A stretch of DNA of 64,000 nucleotides from Candidatus Aenigmatarchaeota archaeon (GCA_038997165.1 JAWBAK010000001.1:440917-504916), one strand, 5' to 3'. Counted from the stretch's first letter, positions 1-9,968 are shown. Translations and numbers: made by a program. The notes: generated from the letters alone by a model not told the origin.

Positions 1-514
1 AGAATTTTACAATAGAGCTTTAAGTTTAAAACAAGAAGGAATTATGCTTAAAAATCCACAATCTTTTTATATTTTTGGTAGACATGTTGGTGGTTGGTAT
101 AAAATTAAACCTATAATGGAAACTTTAGATGTAGTAATTGTTGGAGCAGAATATGGGGAAGGATCTAGAAGTAAATGGCTTTCTAGCTATTTATTTGCAG
201 TTAGAGATGAAGATACTGGCGAGTTATTAACTTGTGGAATGGGTGGTACAGGATTAACCGAGGAGCAATTTGAATTAATGACAGAAATATTAACTCCATT
301 AATAATTAAAAGAGAGGGGAATTTTGTTTGGGTAAAACCTAAAATTGTTGTTGAAGTTAGTTATCAAGAAATTCAAAAAAGTCCAAATTATACTAGTGGA
401 TATGCATTAAGATTTCCTAGAATAGAAAGAATAAGAGAAGATAAAAGTGTCAATGAAATAGATACTTTAAAAAGGCTTGAGGAATTATATAAATCTCAAG
501 GAAAAGCAGGATGA
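1..514 (+). CDS. lig: ATP-dependent DNA ligase, C-terminal part (5'-truncated by window edge)
   Basis: Frame is open from position 2 (EFYNRALSLKQEGIMLK = ligase motif IV), then motif V WYKIKP and OB-fold motif VI LRFPRIERIREDK. Confidence 0.95.
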   Translation, partial: EFYNRALSLKQEGIMLKNPQSFYIFGRHVGGWYKIKPIMETLDVVIVGAEYGEGSRSKWLSSYLFAVRDEDTGELLTCGMGGTGLTEEQFELMTEILTPLIIKREGNFVWVKPKIVVEVSYQEIQKSPNYTSGYALRFPRIERIREDKSVNEIDTLKRLEELYKSQGKAG

Positions 515-684
515 TAAATAAAATAGTTGGAATAATTTTAATTTTATTTGGTATTTATTTTGGACTAAAAAATAAAGAAGATATTTTTGGAAGTTTAAGA
601 TTTAATATTTTTAATATAAATAAAATATCAATACTAATTTCTTTATTATTAATTATTCTTGGAATAATTCTGATTTTATGGTAG
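511..684 (+). CDS. small two-TM membrane protein, 57 aa (not in ORF track)
   Basis: ATG at 511 overlaps the ligase TGA (ATGA). Translation MINKIVGIILILFGIYFGLK...ISILISLLLIILGIILILW*. Overlaps the next start. Confidence 0.65.
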   Translation: MINKIVGIILILFGIYFGLKNKEDIFGSLRFNIFNINKISILISLLLIILGIILILW

Positions 685-2435
685 AAGTTTTATTACCAGA
701 TAAATTAAAAGAAGAAATTGAAAATTTTATAAAATCTTTAACTGGAAATAAAAAGTTTAGGTTACATGAAAAAGAATATTGTATTCTTTCTATGCCTCCA
801 TATAGTTTAGATTTTACGCATTTTGCAGGGAAAGCAACTGAAATAATTTATTCAATTATATTTGGTTATGGAAAAAAGGGTTTTGATGTTTTTAAAGTAG
901 ATGAAAATTTATATGTTAGTTCAGCCTATCAACCTTTTTATTCTAATATAAGAAAGCAAAAAGAAGAAATTGAAAATAATATAAAAGCACAACTAGCTCA
1001 AATTGCTACAGCAATTACAGATACTCAATTAATTGCTCATGATTATAGAAAATATAAATATTTTTTAAAAATTTTTCTTGAATTAGATGAAATTCAAAAA
1101 AAATTAAATGAAGAAAAAAATAAAGAAAAAATCGAAGAATTAAAAAAAAGAAAAAAAGAATTGGAGCAATCTTTGAGAAATATTTTTATTGATCAAGTCG
1201 ATATTTATACTGGTGATTTTTCTATAATAAACATGGCTAGAACTAGATGGACAACTTTTATTTCAGATTTTCTTTCATTAGAAGAAGAAAAAACACCAGA
1301 AGATATTTTACAAAAATTTCCAAATATAACAAAGGCAGAAGCAATACAATTAGCTAAAAAAAATCAATTATATTTAATTTGGAGAGAAGAATTTAAAAGA
1401 GTTGTTAAAGAGAGAGAGGCAGAATTAAGAAAGTTATTAATAATGAGAAAAAATTCAATAGATAAATATAAGGAAATGTTAAGACCGTTGATAGCAAGAT
1501 ATTTTTCTTTCAAAGAAGAGCCCTCTATATTTACATCAACTTCTTTATCATTTATTAAACCAGCGACATATCCTTTATTAATTGAATCTACAAAATTGTG
1601 GTTAATTAAGTCTATTCCACCATTTTATTTTGAATATGAAAAGATAAGGCAAGCTTCTCTATCTTTAGAAAGGATTGGTTTAATATCAGAAAATATTATT
1701 AAGCTTGTTGATAAATCGAAAGAAGAAAAAATAAAAAAGATTGTAATGCCAGTAGAACCATCTGTTGATAGAGTTGTATTAGCCGGATTAGAAGTTATTA
1801 ATCAAAAATTTGGTACAAACTTTTCAATAAATGATGTTTTAGATATAAGAGAAAGTATTTATAAAAAGGAGTATGAAGTTTCTCCAGATAAAGAAAGATG
1901 GAAATTAAGTCCATATTATGTTTTTGTTGAAATTTCATTAGATAGAGTATTATTAAAAACATATTCTGGTATAGAAATAGAAGATTTTGCATTTAGTATC
2001 AAACCTTATTTGATTTCCCAAAACTTAGCATTTTTAATGTATCTTCAAACAAAAGCATTAGATACATATTATGAACAACAAATTAATTCTTTTTTTGGAG
2101 AATCACTATTAAAGGAAATAGAAATAGAGGTAGATGTAAAAGGTCAAAAAACTAAGCAAAAACTTAACATTTGGTTAGATATAAGAAGTTTAGATTATAT
2201 TTTTGAAGAGGAAGAAAATTATAAGAAATTGGAAGAAGAAAAAAGAAGAGAGTTTTATAACGTTTTAAGCGAGTATGTTATTAAATTTGAAGAAACTTTT
2301 CTAAAAAGAAAATATTTTGCTCCATATTTATTATATGAACGATCTTTTGCTGATGAATATTTTTTTGATTATGTCGTAGCTACGAAAATAGATATAGATA
2401 GAACAATTGCATCTGCGTTTGGCTTTCCAATATAA
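678..2435 (+). CDS. hypothetical helical/coiled-coil protein, 585 aa
   Basis: Long ORF with genome-typical codon usage and charged helical segments; no recognisable catalytic motif. Confidence 0.85.
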   Translation: MVEVLLPDKLKEEIENFIKSLTGNKKFRLHEKEYCILSMPPYSLDFTHFAGKATEIIYSIIFGYGKKGFDVFKVDENLYVSSAYQPFYSNIRKQKEEIENNIKAQLAQIATAITDTQLIAHDYRKYKYFLKIFLELDEIQKKLNEEKNKEKIEELKKRKKELEQSLRNIFIDQVDIYTGDFSIINMARTRWTTFISDFLSLEEEKTPEDILQKFPNITKAEAIQLAKKNQLYLIWREEFKRVVKEREAELRKLLIMRKNSIDKYKEMLRPLIARYFSFKEEPSIFTSTSLSFIKPATYPLLIESTKLWLIKSIPPFYFEYEKIRQASLSLERIGLISENIIKLVDKSKEEKIKKIVMPVEPSVDRVVLAGLEVINQKFGTNFSINDVLDIRESIYKKEYEVSPDKERWKLSPYYVFVEISLDRVLLKTYSGIEIEDFAFSIKPYLISQNLAFLMYLQTKALDTYYEQQINSFFGESLLKEIEIEVDVKGQKTKQKLNIWLDIRSLDYIFEEEENYKKLEEEKRREFYNVLSEYVIKFEETFLKRKYFAPYLLYERSFADEYFFDYVVATKIDIDRTIASAFGFPI

Positions 2436-2454
2436 TTATATCAAAGTTTAAAAA

Positions 2455-2838
2455 TTAAAGAATTAGACTGCTTCTATCTGCATAATTTACCGTATAATAT
2501 TTTGGTTTTAATGCATTTTTAATATATTCAAATGCTTTCCATGGATCAGTATGTTCTCCACATGTATAAATATCAACTGTAGCATAATTATATTCAATCC
2601 ATGTATGAATTGCAACATGACTTTCTGTTATTAATGCAATGACAGATACTCCACCCTTTTCTCCTCCAAAACTCCAGGATTTTATTTCATATAAATTTGC
2701 TCCAGATAATTTTACTGCTTCTATTACTATATTTTTAAGAATCTCTTCGTTTGATGCAACTTCTAGATCTATATAATAAAAATTACCATAAACATGCTTG
2801 CCAATTATTCTATTCTCTTTTTTATCTTCTTCTTTCAT
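2455..2838 (-). CDS. speD: pyruvoyl-dependent decarboxylase proenzyme, AdoMetDC/SpeD family (motifs resemble crenarchaeal arginine decarboxylase)
   Basis: Self-cleavage motif E|SH in [19 protein letters not shown], plus [17 protein letters not shown] and C-terminal YADRSS. Confidence 0.9.
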   Translation of the reverse strand: MKEEDKKENRIIGKHVYGNFYYIDLEVASNEEILKNIVIEAVKLSGANLYEIKSWSFGGEKGGVSVIALITESHVAIHTWIEYNYATVDIYTCGEHTDPWKAFEYIKNALKPKYYTVNYADRSSLIL

Positions 2839-3682
2839 ATTATTATCAATATATAATATATATTGGTGTTAAATATATTTGGTGTGCGCTTATATACTAC
2901 TATCTATTACTCCATATATTAATTTTCAATATCACTTTAAAAGACTGAATTATTTTTAGTTTTGTTTTTTAATTTTTTGATTTAAATTCATAGAGAATTT
3001 TAAGTGCTTTAAAATTTTATTTTATTATTTTTTCTTCTTTTATTTTTTGTTTCATTTTTTCTTACTTCTTTACAATAATTTTGTAAATTACTTTATTATT
3101 GCAAAACTTTTTAGAAGTTTCACTGCAAATATAAAACGAAATAGAATCGAAGTTCAATACTTCATATGGACATATAACAGAGGTTAAACTGCTCTTGAAG
3201 AATGCTTCTAGTTCTTCTACGCTCTATATATGGAATACATAAACTGTTGTTAACAATTAAAAAACATGGATTTTTACAATGGAAAGAATTATAAAAAATC
3301 AGTTGGAAGATATGAAAAATCGATTTAAAAACTTTGAAAGATTACTGAGTTTATTAATTTCTGCACCTTTATTCAATCCTTATAATCTTCCAGTCTAAAT
3401 TCTCTTATTTTCGCTTTTAATCTATTTGAAATTCTTTATATACCTCACTAATGTAGGATCAAAAAGACTTCATCATATACACATAGTTAATTAGAGTAAA
3501 TTAGCTAAAATTATACTAAAATAGGAGATTTAAAAATAGCTATTAGTTAGGATTGAGTTAGAGAAAGCAATAATAAAAGTTTCTAAAATACAATAAAATT
3601 AAAGAATGAATGATACCAGATTTTAACATGGACAAGGTTTTATAAACTTATTTATTTTATTAAATTATTAAAAGTAAATTTT

Positions 3683-3757
3683 TGCCCCCGACGGGATTTG
3701 AACCCGCGACCACTGGGTCCGAAGCCCAGTGCTCTATCCAGGCTGAGCTACGGGGGC
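3683..3757 (-). tRNA. tRNA-Arg(TCG)
   Basis: Cloverleaf: acceptor GCCCCCG/CGGGGGC, anticodon arm CTGGG-CT TCG GA-CCCAG, T-loop GTTCAAATC; CCA not encoded. Confidence 0.97.
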
Positions 3758-3816
3758 TCATAATTTGTTTATAATTTGTTTTTATCAAAAATCTAAAATT
3801 GTAAAATGAAACTAAC

Positions 3817-5184
3817 TTAATATTCTAAAAATTGTTTTTCAAACTGTTTTACATATTCAACACTTTTTTTTGCATCTACAAATAATTTTTCGACTCTTTC
3901 TACATGGTTTTTATCTATTATCTTTGAGTTCTCTTCTTTTGCAACTATGTTTGCTGGATGTAATAATTGCATAGCATATCTTAAGCTATTTTTTATACCT
4001 AATTGAGTTAAATATTCTAGAGCTTCATCACTTAATTCAATTTTATCGTTTTTAGCCTTTATTTTAATAATTTCTCTAATTTCTTTTTCTGTATATGGTC
4101 TTGTATTTATAATTAATAGTCTATCTAGTAAATCTATTGGCATTGCGTGTGGAGATTTATAATCGGTACCTCTTATTGGCGCAATTCCTCTGTTTGTTGC
4201 AAAAATAAATATTGGGCTTAATTCTTGTTCCATTGCTCTGTTTAAAAATGCAAAAGTTTCTATATCTAATAAGCTACATTCATCAATAAAAACTACTCCA
4301 GGAACTAATTCTGCTTTTCCTTCTTTTATTAATTCTTTAACTATTTCATCAACTTCTTTTCTTATTTCACTATCTATTTCTTTTCTTTCTGCGCCAAAAA
4401 ATATACTAGCTATATCTATAGAAGATTTTGCTCTAGCTAGGTCTAATTGATGTAATGTAACTACATATACAAATTCTTTTTCTTTTAAAACTTTTCCTTT
4501 TGGTAATGGTATAGGTTTTTCTGCGGTTAATTCTTCTTCACTCTTTTTAATAACTCTTTCACTTTTTCCATATTTTACAATTCTACCACCATCTACATCT
4601 ATAGCAATAATATCTCCAATTTCAACTCCTTGTTGAACTAATTGAATTGCAAATGTTTGATCTACACTTAATTTTTTGGAATCTTCACTAGTTTCTAATT
4701 TAATAGTTGCTGAATAGGGAATTTGATAATATGGATTATAAGGATGCGGTTTATGTTTAATATCAAGCTCAGTAACTTCTCCTTCATAAACTTTTCTTAC
4801 TTCTCTTATTCTTACTCCAATTGCTTTTCTTAATGTTTGTGTTAAAAATTCGGTTTTTTTAACCTCTGCACTATATATTTCGCTAGCCGCTAAATGAACA
4901 AAGGGAACATCTTTACCAAGTTCTTTAGCAATTCCAATAGCTAATGCAGTTTTTCCGCTTCCTGGAGGACCTGCAATTAAAATTCCTTTGCCAGCAAACT
5001 TACCTTCTTTAATTAACCTAACAATTATACCAGCAGCTTCTCTAGCTTCTTCTTGTCCTACAAATCCATCTGCAATAAATTCTGCCTTTAGTCCTTTTAA
5101 ACCCAAACCTTTTATATGGCTATGTGCTGCTATTCTTTCAAATTCTCTTAATTCTTTAACTTCAGTAATTTCTCTTATTTCCAT
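3817..5184 (-). CDS. RuvB-like AAA+ ATPase TIP49 (Rvb1/Rvb2 family)
   Basis: AAHSHIKGLGL, GFVGQEEAREA, Walker A GPPGSGKT, Walker B VFIDE, ATNRG, DLLDR, SLRYA. Confidence 0.96.
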   Translation of the reverse strand: MEIREITEVKELREFERIAAHSHIKGLGLKGLKAEFIADGFVGQEEAREAAGIIVRLIKEGKFAGKGILIAGPPGSGKTALAIGIAKELGKDVPFVHLAASEIYSAEVKKTEFLTQTLRKAIGVRIREVRKVYEGEVTELDIKHKPHPYNPYYQIPYSATIKLETSEDSKKLSVDQTFAIQLVQQGVEIGDIIAIDVDGGRIVKYGKSERVIKKSEEELTAEKPIPLPKGKVLKEKEFVYVVTLHQLDLARAKSSIDIASIFFGAERKEIDSEIRKEVDEIVKELIKEGKAELVPGVVFIDECSLLDIETFAFLNRAMEQELSPIFIFATNRGIAPIRGTDYKSPHAMPIDLLDRLLIINTRPYTEKEIREIIKIKAKNDKIELSDEALEYLTQLGIKNSLRYAMQLLHPANIVAKEENSKIIDKNHVERVEKLFVDAKKSVEYVKQFEKQFLEY

Positions 5185-5221
5185 GATTTATATTTTAAAA
5201 TAAAGAGTAAAAAATTTAAAT

Positions 5222-5977
5222 TTATAAATATTTTCTTATTTCTTTAGATTTATCTATGGCTAAATCTAATAACTTTTCCATTTCATTAAATTTAAACTTT
5301 CCTTTCAATTTTTGAACAGCAACAATTTTTTCATCATCTCTTATTCCAAAAGCTATTAAATCATTTATAACTTGCTCTTCATCATAAGTTAAATCTAATA
5401 TATAAGAATCATTAATTTTTCCTATTGTTACATATGTTGGCTTATATCTTACAGGTAAATTACCTATAAATTCATTTCTTATTAAACTATTGTTTTCATA
5501 TTTTGGAATTTTAGTAGAATGTAAAGCAGCAATACTTGCTAATGCACTTGCATCTAATAAGTTTCCATCGTTAGAAATTACATGTATATCAACAAAGACT
5601 CCATAAACTTTTCCATCTTCTATAAACAGTTTTTCTAATTCAATCATTTTTGATTCTCTAATTATTCTATCTACTAATCTAGCCAATTCTATTGCATACT
5701 CATTTGGTGGACCTGGTTCAAATGTTGGATGTGCAATTGGAGGAAACTCTACATTTACTACTAGAATTCCTTCGTTTGGAGTATCTGGAAAAGGTTGTGC
5801 TAATTCTATTTTTACTCCAGCTATTACATGTGTATTTCCAAGTTTTACGCTTGCACTACCTTCAGCCTTAGGTATAATATTTTTTTCTATTTCAATTTTT
5901 CTATATTCTAAAAAACTTCTATTGTCTAATCTTTTTCCTTCTTTTAATACTTGTAAAACTATTCTTTCATCAATCAT
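5222..5977 (-). CDS. rrp42: exosome subunit Rrp42
   Basis: RNase PH fold motifs GKRLDNR, AEGSASVKLGNT, FEPGPP, DGNLLDA; follows rrp41. Confidence 0.95.
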   Translation of the reverse strand: MIDERIVLQVLKEGKRLDNRSFLEYRKIEIEKNIIPKAEGSASVKLGNTHVIAGVKIELAQPFPDTPNEGILVVNVEFPPIAHPTFEPGPPNEYAIELARLVDRIIRESKMIELEKLFIEDGKVYGVFVDIHVISNDGNLLDASALASIAALHSTKIPKYENNSLIRNEFIGNLPVRYKPTYVTIGKINDSYILDLTYDEEQVINDLIAFGIRDDEKIVAVQKLKGKFKFNEMEKLLDLAIDKSKEIRKYL

Positions 5978-6689
5978 GTTTTTCCAAATAATTCCTTAAT
6001 GCTTCTTTTTGTTTTTCATAAACAACTTTAGCTTTTTCCTTAAGCAAACTAAGTGCATATAGAAATTCTTCTTTTTTTAGTTCTCCATCCATTTGTAGAA
6101 GAACAATTTCATCTGTAGCAAATAAATAACCAAAAGATATATCAGCATTTCCATAATTATCTTCTAATTGGTTTAAATCAACTACAATTTTATCTTCTAT
6201 TTTTCCAGCAGTAAGTCCTACTATTAAATCTTTCATAGAAATTCCAGCTAATGCTAATGCTAAACTAATTGCATTTAACGATGTAACTCTAGTTGAACCG
6301 TCGCTAGAAATTATTTCTGCATAACAATCTATAGTAGCTCTTGGATATTCTTCTAAAAATATAGAGTTTTCTATTGCATCTCTTAAAACTTTAGATAATT
6401 CAATACTTCTTCTATCAGTACCAGGATTCTTTCTTGTATCTGTGCTAAAAGGTGCCATATTATATCTAACTCTTACTATAGCTTTTTCTTCTTCTTGTAA
6501 AAATTTTGGTTGTAAACTTCTTGCCCCATATACTGCTGCAATAGCAATTGTATTTCCAAAAGAAAATTTTGCACTTCCATTTGCTATAGGAATTATTCCT
6601 AGCTCGATATTTATATTTCTAATTTCATCTAAATTTCTTCCATCACTTCTTTTTCCATTTTCAAGTAGTTTTATATTTTCTTTTTTCAT
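5970..6689 (-). CDS. rrp41: exosome catalytic subunit Rrp41
   Basis: RSDGR, RYNMAPFST, DRRSIELS, DGSTR, LLQMDG. Confidence 0.96.
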   Translation of the reverse strand: MKKENIKLLENGKRSDGRNLDEIRNINIELGIIPIANGSAKFSFGNTIAIAAVYGARSLQPKFLQEEEKAIVRVRYNMAPFSTDTRKNPGTDRRSIELSKVLRDAIENSIFLEEYPRATIDCYAEIISSDGSTRVTSLNAISLALALAGISMKDLIVGLTAGKIEDKIVVDLNQLEDNYGNADISFGYLFATDEIVLLQMDGELKKEEFLYALSLLKEKAKVVYEKQKEALRNYLEKHD

Positions 6690-7345
6690 TTTTCCTCTAA
6701 ATATTTCATTACCATTTCTGTTAATCCTTTAAAGTGCGAATTTCTTTCGATAAATTTTATTGCATTAATAGCTTTTATCATATTTTCAGCTTTTTTTGAT
6801 TTTATCCATATGTATCCATTTTTTCCTACAATTATTTCACAATTTGTTTTTTCTGAAATTAATTTTATCATACTCATGTTTTTTCCAATAATTCTCGCAA
6901 CTTTTGCTGGATTTACACTTATTATTCCTCCACCATTTAATTTTCTAAGATTATCATCTTTTAGCGAAATTTGTATTATTTTATAATTTATTACGTTTAT
7001 AACTTTTGCATATATAATTTCGTTAATATTAATAATTTTGCTCAAATCTGTTCGATAAATATCTATAAATTCTTTTACAGCTTCTGCAATAGGTAAAAAA
7101 GCATAATTAATAGAGTTAATGTCAACAAACCAACCAGCAGCTTCTACTTCTTTTACTATTCCTATAACTTTATCTCCAACTTCTGGATAATAAGTGGAAG
7201 ATAAAGAAATTACTTTAGTTTTTTCTTCATCCTTTGAAATTAAAGAAACTTTTTTTGAAATAAATTTATTGTTAAGTTTATAGCTAAATTCATTCTTTTC
7301 AACTTCTTCTCCTGGCAATACTATTTTACCATATAGCTCAGCCAT
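6686..7345 (-). CDS. rrp4: exosome RNA-binding subunit Rrp4
   Basis: IVLPGE, YYPEVGDKVIG S1 domain, KH motif RIIGK...IIVGKNGYIW. Confidence 0.93.
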   Translation of the reverse strand: MAELYGKIVLPGEEVEKNEFSYKLNNKFISKKVSLISKDEEKTKVISLSSTYYPEVGDKVIGIVKEVEAAGWFVDINSINYAFLPIAEAVKEFIDIYRTDLSKIININEIIYAKVINVINYKIIQISLKDDNLRKLNGGGIISVNPAKVARIIGKNMSMIKLISEKTNCEIIVGKNGYIWIKSKKAENMIKAINAIKFIERNSHFKGLTEMVMKYLEEK

Positions 7346-8045
7346 TTTCTTTTCCTATTTCTTTAATTTCAATATCTTTTGAATGTTTATATAGTAAATT
7401 TAATATTTCATCCTTTGAGGCACTAATAATTTTAACTTTTAAAAATAAATAGTTTTCTAACCATTTTTCTTCTAAAATATTAATTTTTAATCTTTTAATT
7501 TCGTTTATTATTTTGCTTCCAATATTTAATGGAATTTTTACTTCCATTATAATATATTCTAATTTTAGTGGAATAATTTTTTTAAGTTCTTTTATGATAT
7601 TTTCTAATTGTATTTCAGCATCTATAAATGGATCTATACTAACTTTTGCTTGCTCTAAGGCTAATGCTATTCTTTGAGGTGGGTGTGGTAAATTATTTTG
7701 AGGATTTATAAATCTTTTAGAAATTAAATTTATTATTTGATTTCTTTTTTCCTCTATTAACTTTCTTTTTAATTCTGTTGGAATTTGAATTTCTCCTTTT
7801 GTTAAAATAATTTCTGCTATTTTATAAATATCTGTAGTATTAAAAGCTTCTTTTAATTCGTTAATTGAAGCTCTTTCAGCTTTTCTAGCATCTTTAAATA
7901 TGTCATTAACAGCTAGAATTTCTTCTATCTTATGTTTCTTACCTTGTTTATATTCAAATGCTTTAAAGGGATCAACCAATATTTCAAATTTTATATTTTT
8001 AAATCTATAAGAAGCTATTACAGATTTTTCTATGGATATACTCAT
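7338..8045 (-). CDS. ribosome assembly factor SBDS
   Basis: FEILVDP, IFKDARKAERAS, INPQNNLPHPPQRI; canonical position between psmA and rrp4. Confidence 0.95.
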   Translation of the reverse strand: MSISIEKSVIASYRFKNIKFEILVDPFKAFEYKQGKKHKIEEILAVNDIFKDARKAERASINELKEAFNTTDIYKIAEIILTKGEIQIPTELKRKLIEEKRNQIINLISKRFINPQNNLPHPPQRIALALEQAKVSIDPFIDAEIQLENIIKELKKIIPLKLEYIIMEVKIPLNIGSKIINEIKRLKINILEEKWLENYLFLKVKIISASKDEILNLLYKHSKDIEIKEIGKENG

Positions 8046-8719
8046 TCTTCTATTACTTTTGAAAATGGAGTTTCTTTTTCAATGTAAACAATTTCTATTG
8101 TAGCATCTTTTTCAACTTTTTTTAATATTTCTTTTGCTAGCTCTATAGAATCTTCTCTATTCATATTTTCTTTCCATTTTTGTTTTAATATTTTCATAGC
8201 AGCTTCTGATTGTCTTCCAATAGCAACAGCTTTCCATTCAAAAATTGCTCCACTAGGTTCTATTTCAAAAACATGAGCACCTTTAACATCAACACCACTA
8301 ATTATTAACCAAACACCAAAAGGTCTTAAACCGCCATACATTGTAAATTGTTGCATTTCATCACCTATAAATCTTGCTAACTCTCCAACATCTATTTTTT
8401 CATCATAAGTTAATGTATAAGATTGTGCTCTATATCTTGCTATTTTTGCTAAAAATCTTGCATCTGCTATTAATCCGCTAGAAACCATTCCAATATGATC
8501 ATCTATTTTAAATATTTTTTCAACACTTTCGCTAATTTGGAGTTCGTCAACAAATTTCGCTGCTGCGATTATAACACCTTTATTATATTTAAAAGAAATT
8601 GCTGTAGGACCTCTTTTACCAGCTTCTTTTGCATATTCTACTTGGAATAATCTTCCATCTGGACTAAAAACTGCTATTGTTCTATCGTAACCTAAATACT
8701 CTGGTAATAACTCTGGCAT
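8042..8719 (-). CDS. psmA: proteasome alpha subunit
   Basis: YDRTIAVFSPDGRLFQVEYA, SGLIADAR, RPFGV. Confidence 0.97.
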   Translation of the reverse strand: MPELLPEYLGYDRTIAVFSPDGRLFQVEYAKEAGKRGPTAISFKYNKGVIIAAAKFVDELQISESVEKIFKIDDHIGMVSSGLIADARFLAKIARYRAQSYTLTYDEKIDVGELARFIGDEMQQFTMYGGLRPFGVWLIISGVDVKGAHVFEIEPSGAIFEWKAVAIGRQSEAAMKILKQKWKENMNREDSIELAKEILKKVEKDATIEIVYIEKETPFSKVIEE

Positions 8720-8750
8720 ATAATTATCTACAACAATAAAATTTATATTT

Positions 8751-9968
8751 TTAATTATAGTTTGAATAACCTATTAATCTCCAACTTCCTTTAATTTGTT
8801 TAGAGATTAAAATTCTATCGTTTTTTTGAATTACAATTGGAAATCTTAATAAAACATCTAAATAATTTTCCTTTATACTTTTTACTATTCCAACAGTTCT
8901 TTGTGGTCCTATATTTATTAAAATCATATCATTTTCTTTTATTTTTATTTCTTTTTCATCTAACATATATCTTTGTAAGTATTTAATTTCAAATGATATA
9001 GAATTAACTTCTTTTGGAAGTTCATTAACTAAACTAATTATTCTTCCAGCTAATGAATCATTTTTTGCAATACTTGCATCTAGATTTGTTTGAATTCCTA
9101 TTAATCCTCCTGGAGTTGCTTCTTCAACTCTTACTCCACTTTTTCTAATTTCAATAATTTTTGCTGTTAAGTCGATAAATTTTCCATTATGATAGGCAGC
9201 TGGTTTTATTTCGATTTCATCATTTTCTCTAAATTTTCCTTTTATTACGCTACCCCCAAAAACAGCTCCTTTTAGTTCTTTTATTTTTGTTCCTGGCAAG
9301 TTTATATCAAAACTTCTTATTGCATACATTATAGGCTTTTCTTTTTCATTTCTTTGTGGTGTTGGAATAAATTTTTCTATTGCTTCTATTAAATATTCAA
9401 TATTAATATTAAATTGAGCAGAAATAGGAATTATTGGAGAGTTTTCGTAGGGTGTATTTTTTAAAAAATTTTTTATTTGAGAATAATGTTCTAAAAGTTT
9501 TTGTTTATCTCTTACTAAATCAATTTTTGTTTGAGCTATTACTATATTTTTAATTCCTGCTATTTCTAAAGCTTTTAGATGTTCTTCTGTTTGAGGTTGT
9601 GGACATTTTTCATTCGAAGCAATTACTAAAATTCCTCCATCCATTAAGCTGCTTGCTGTTAAAACCAAGCTCATTAACGTTTCATGTCCAGGAGCATCTA
9701 TAAAGCTAATTGCTCTTAAAAATTCAACATTTTTTGAAAAACATTTTGGACAAGCTTTTAAATTATTAATGTCAGAAAAGTAAAATTCACAATCTTTACA
9801 TTTATAAAATTTTGCATCAGCATATCCTAACTTAAGAGTTATACCTCTTTTCAATTCTTCGCTATGTTGTAAAGTTAATTTACCTGTTAATGCTTTAGTT
9901 AATATTGTTTTGCCATGCGCAACATGACCAACTAAACCTATGTTAATTATAGGTAATTCTTCTTTCAT
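8751..9968 (-). CDS. eif2g: translation initiation factor aIF2 gamma subunit
   Basis: GHVAHGKT, HSEELKRGITLKLGYA, Zn knuckle CKDC..CPKC, DAPGHE, CPQPQTEEH, RSFDINLPG, WRLIGY. Confidence 0.96.
   Translation of the reverse strand: MKEELPIINIGLVGHVAHGKTILTKALTGKLTLQHSEELKRGITLKLGYADAKFYKCKDCEFYFSDINNLKACPKCFSKNVEFLRAISFIDAPGHETLMSLVLTASSLMDGGILVIASNEKCPQPQTEEHLKALEIAGIKNIVIAQTKIDLVRDKQKLLEHYSQIKNFLKNTPYENSPIIPISAQFNINIEYLIEAIEKFIPTPQRNEKEKPIMYAIRSFDINLPGTKIKELKGAVFGGSVIKGKFRENDEIEIKPAAYHNGKFIDLTAKIIEIRKSGVRVEEATPGGLIGIQTNLDASIAKNDSLAGRIISLVNELPKEVNSISFEIKYLQRYMLDEKEIKIKENDMILINIGPQRTVGIVKSIKENYLDVLLRFPIVIQKNDRILISKQIKGSWRLIGYSNYN

Noticed and set aside
2839..3682. Replication origin, CRISPR array or C/D sRNA in the long intergenic gap
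   Set aside because: No ORB-like repeats or adjacent cdc6, no regularly spaced repeats, and no convincing paired C and D boxes.
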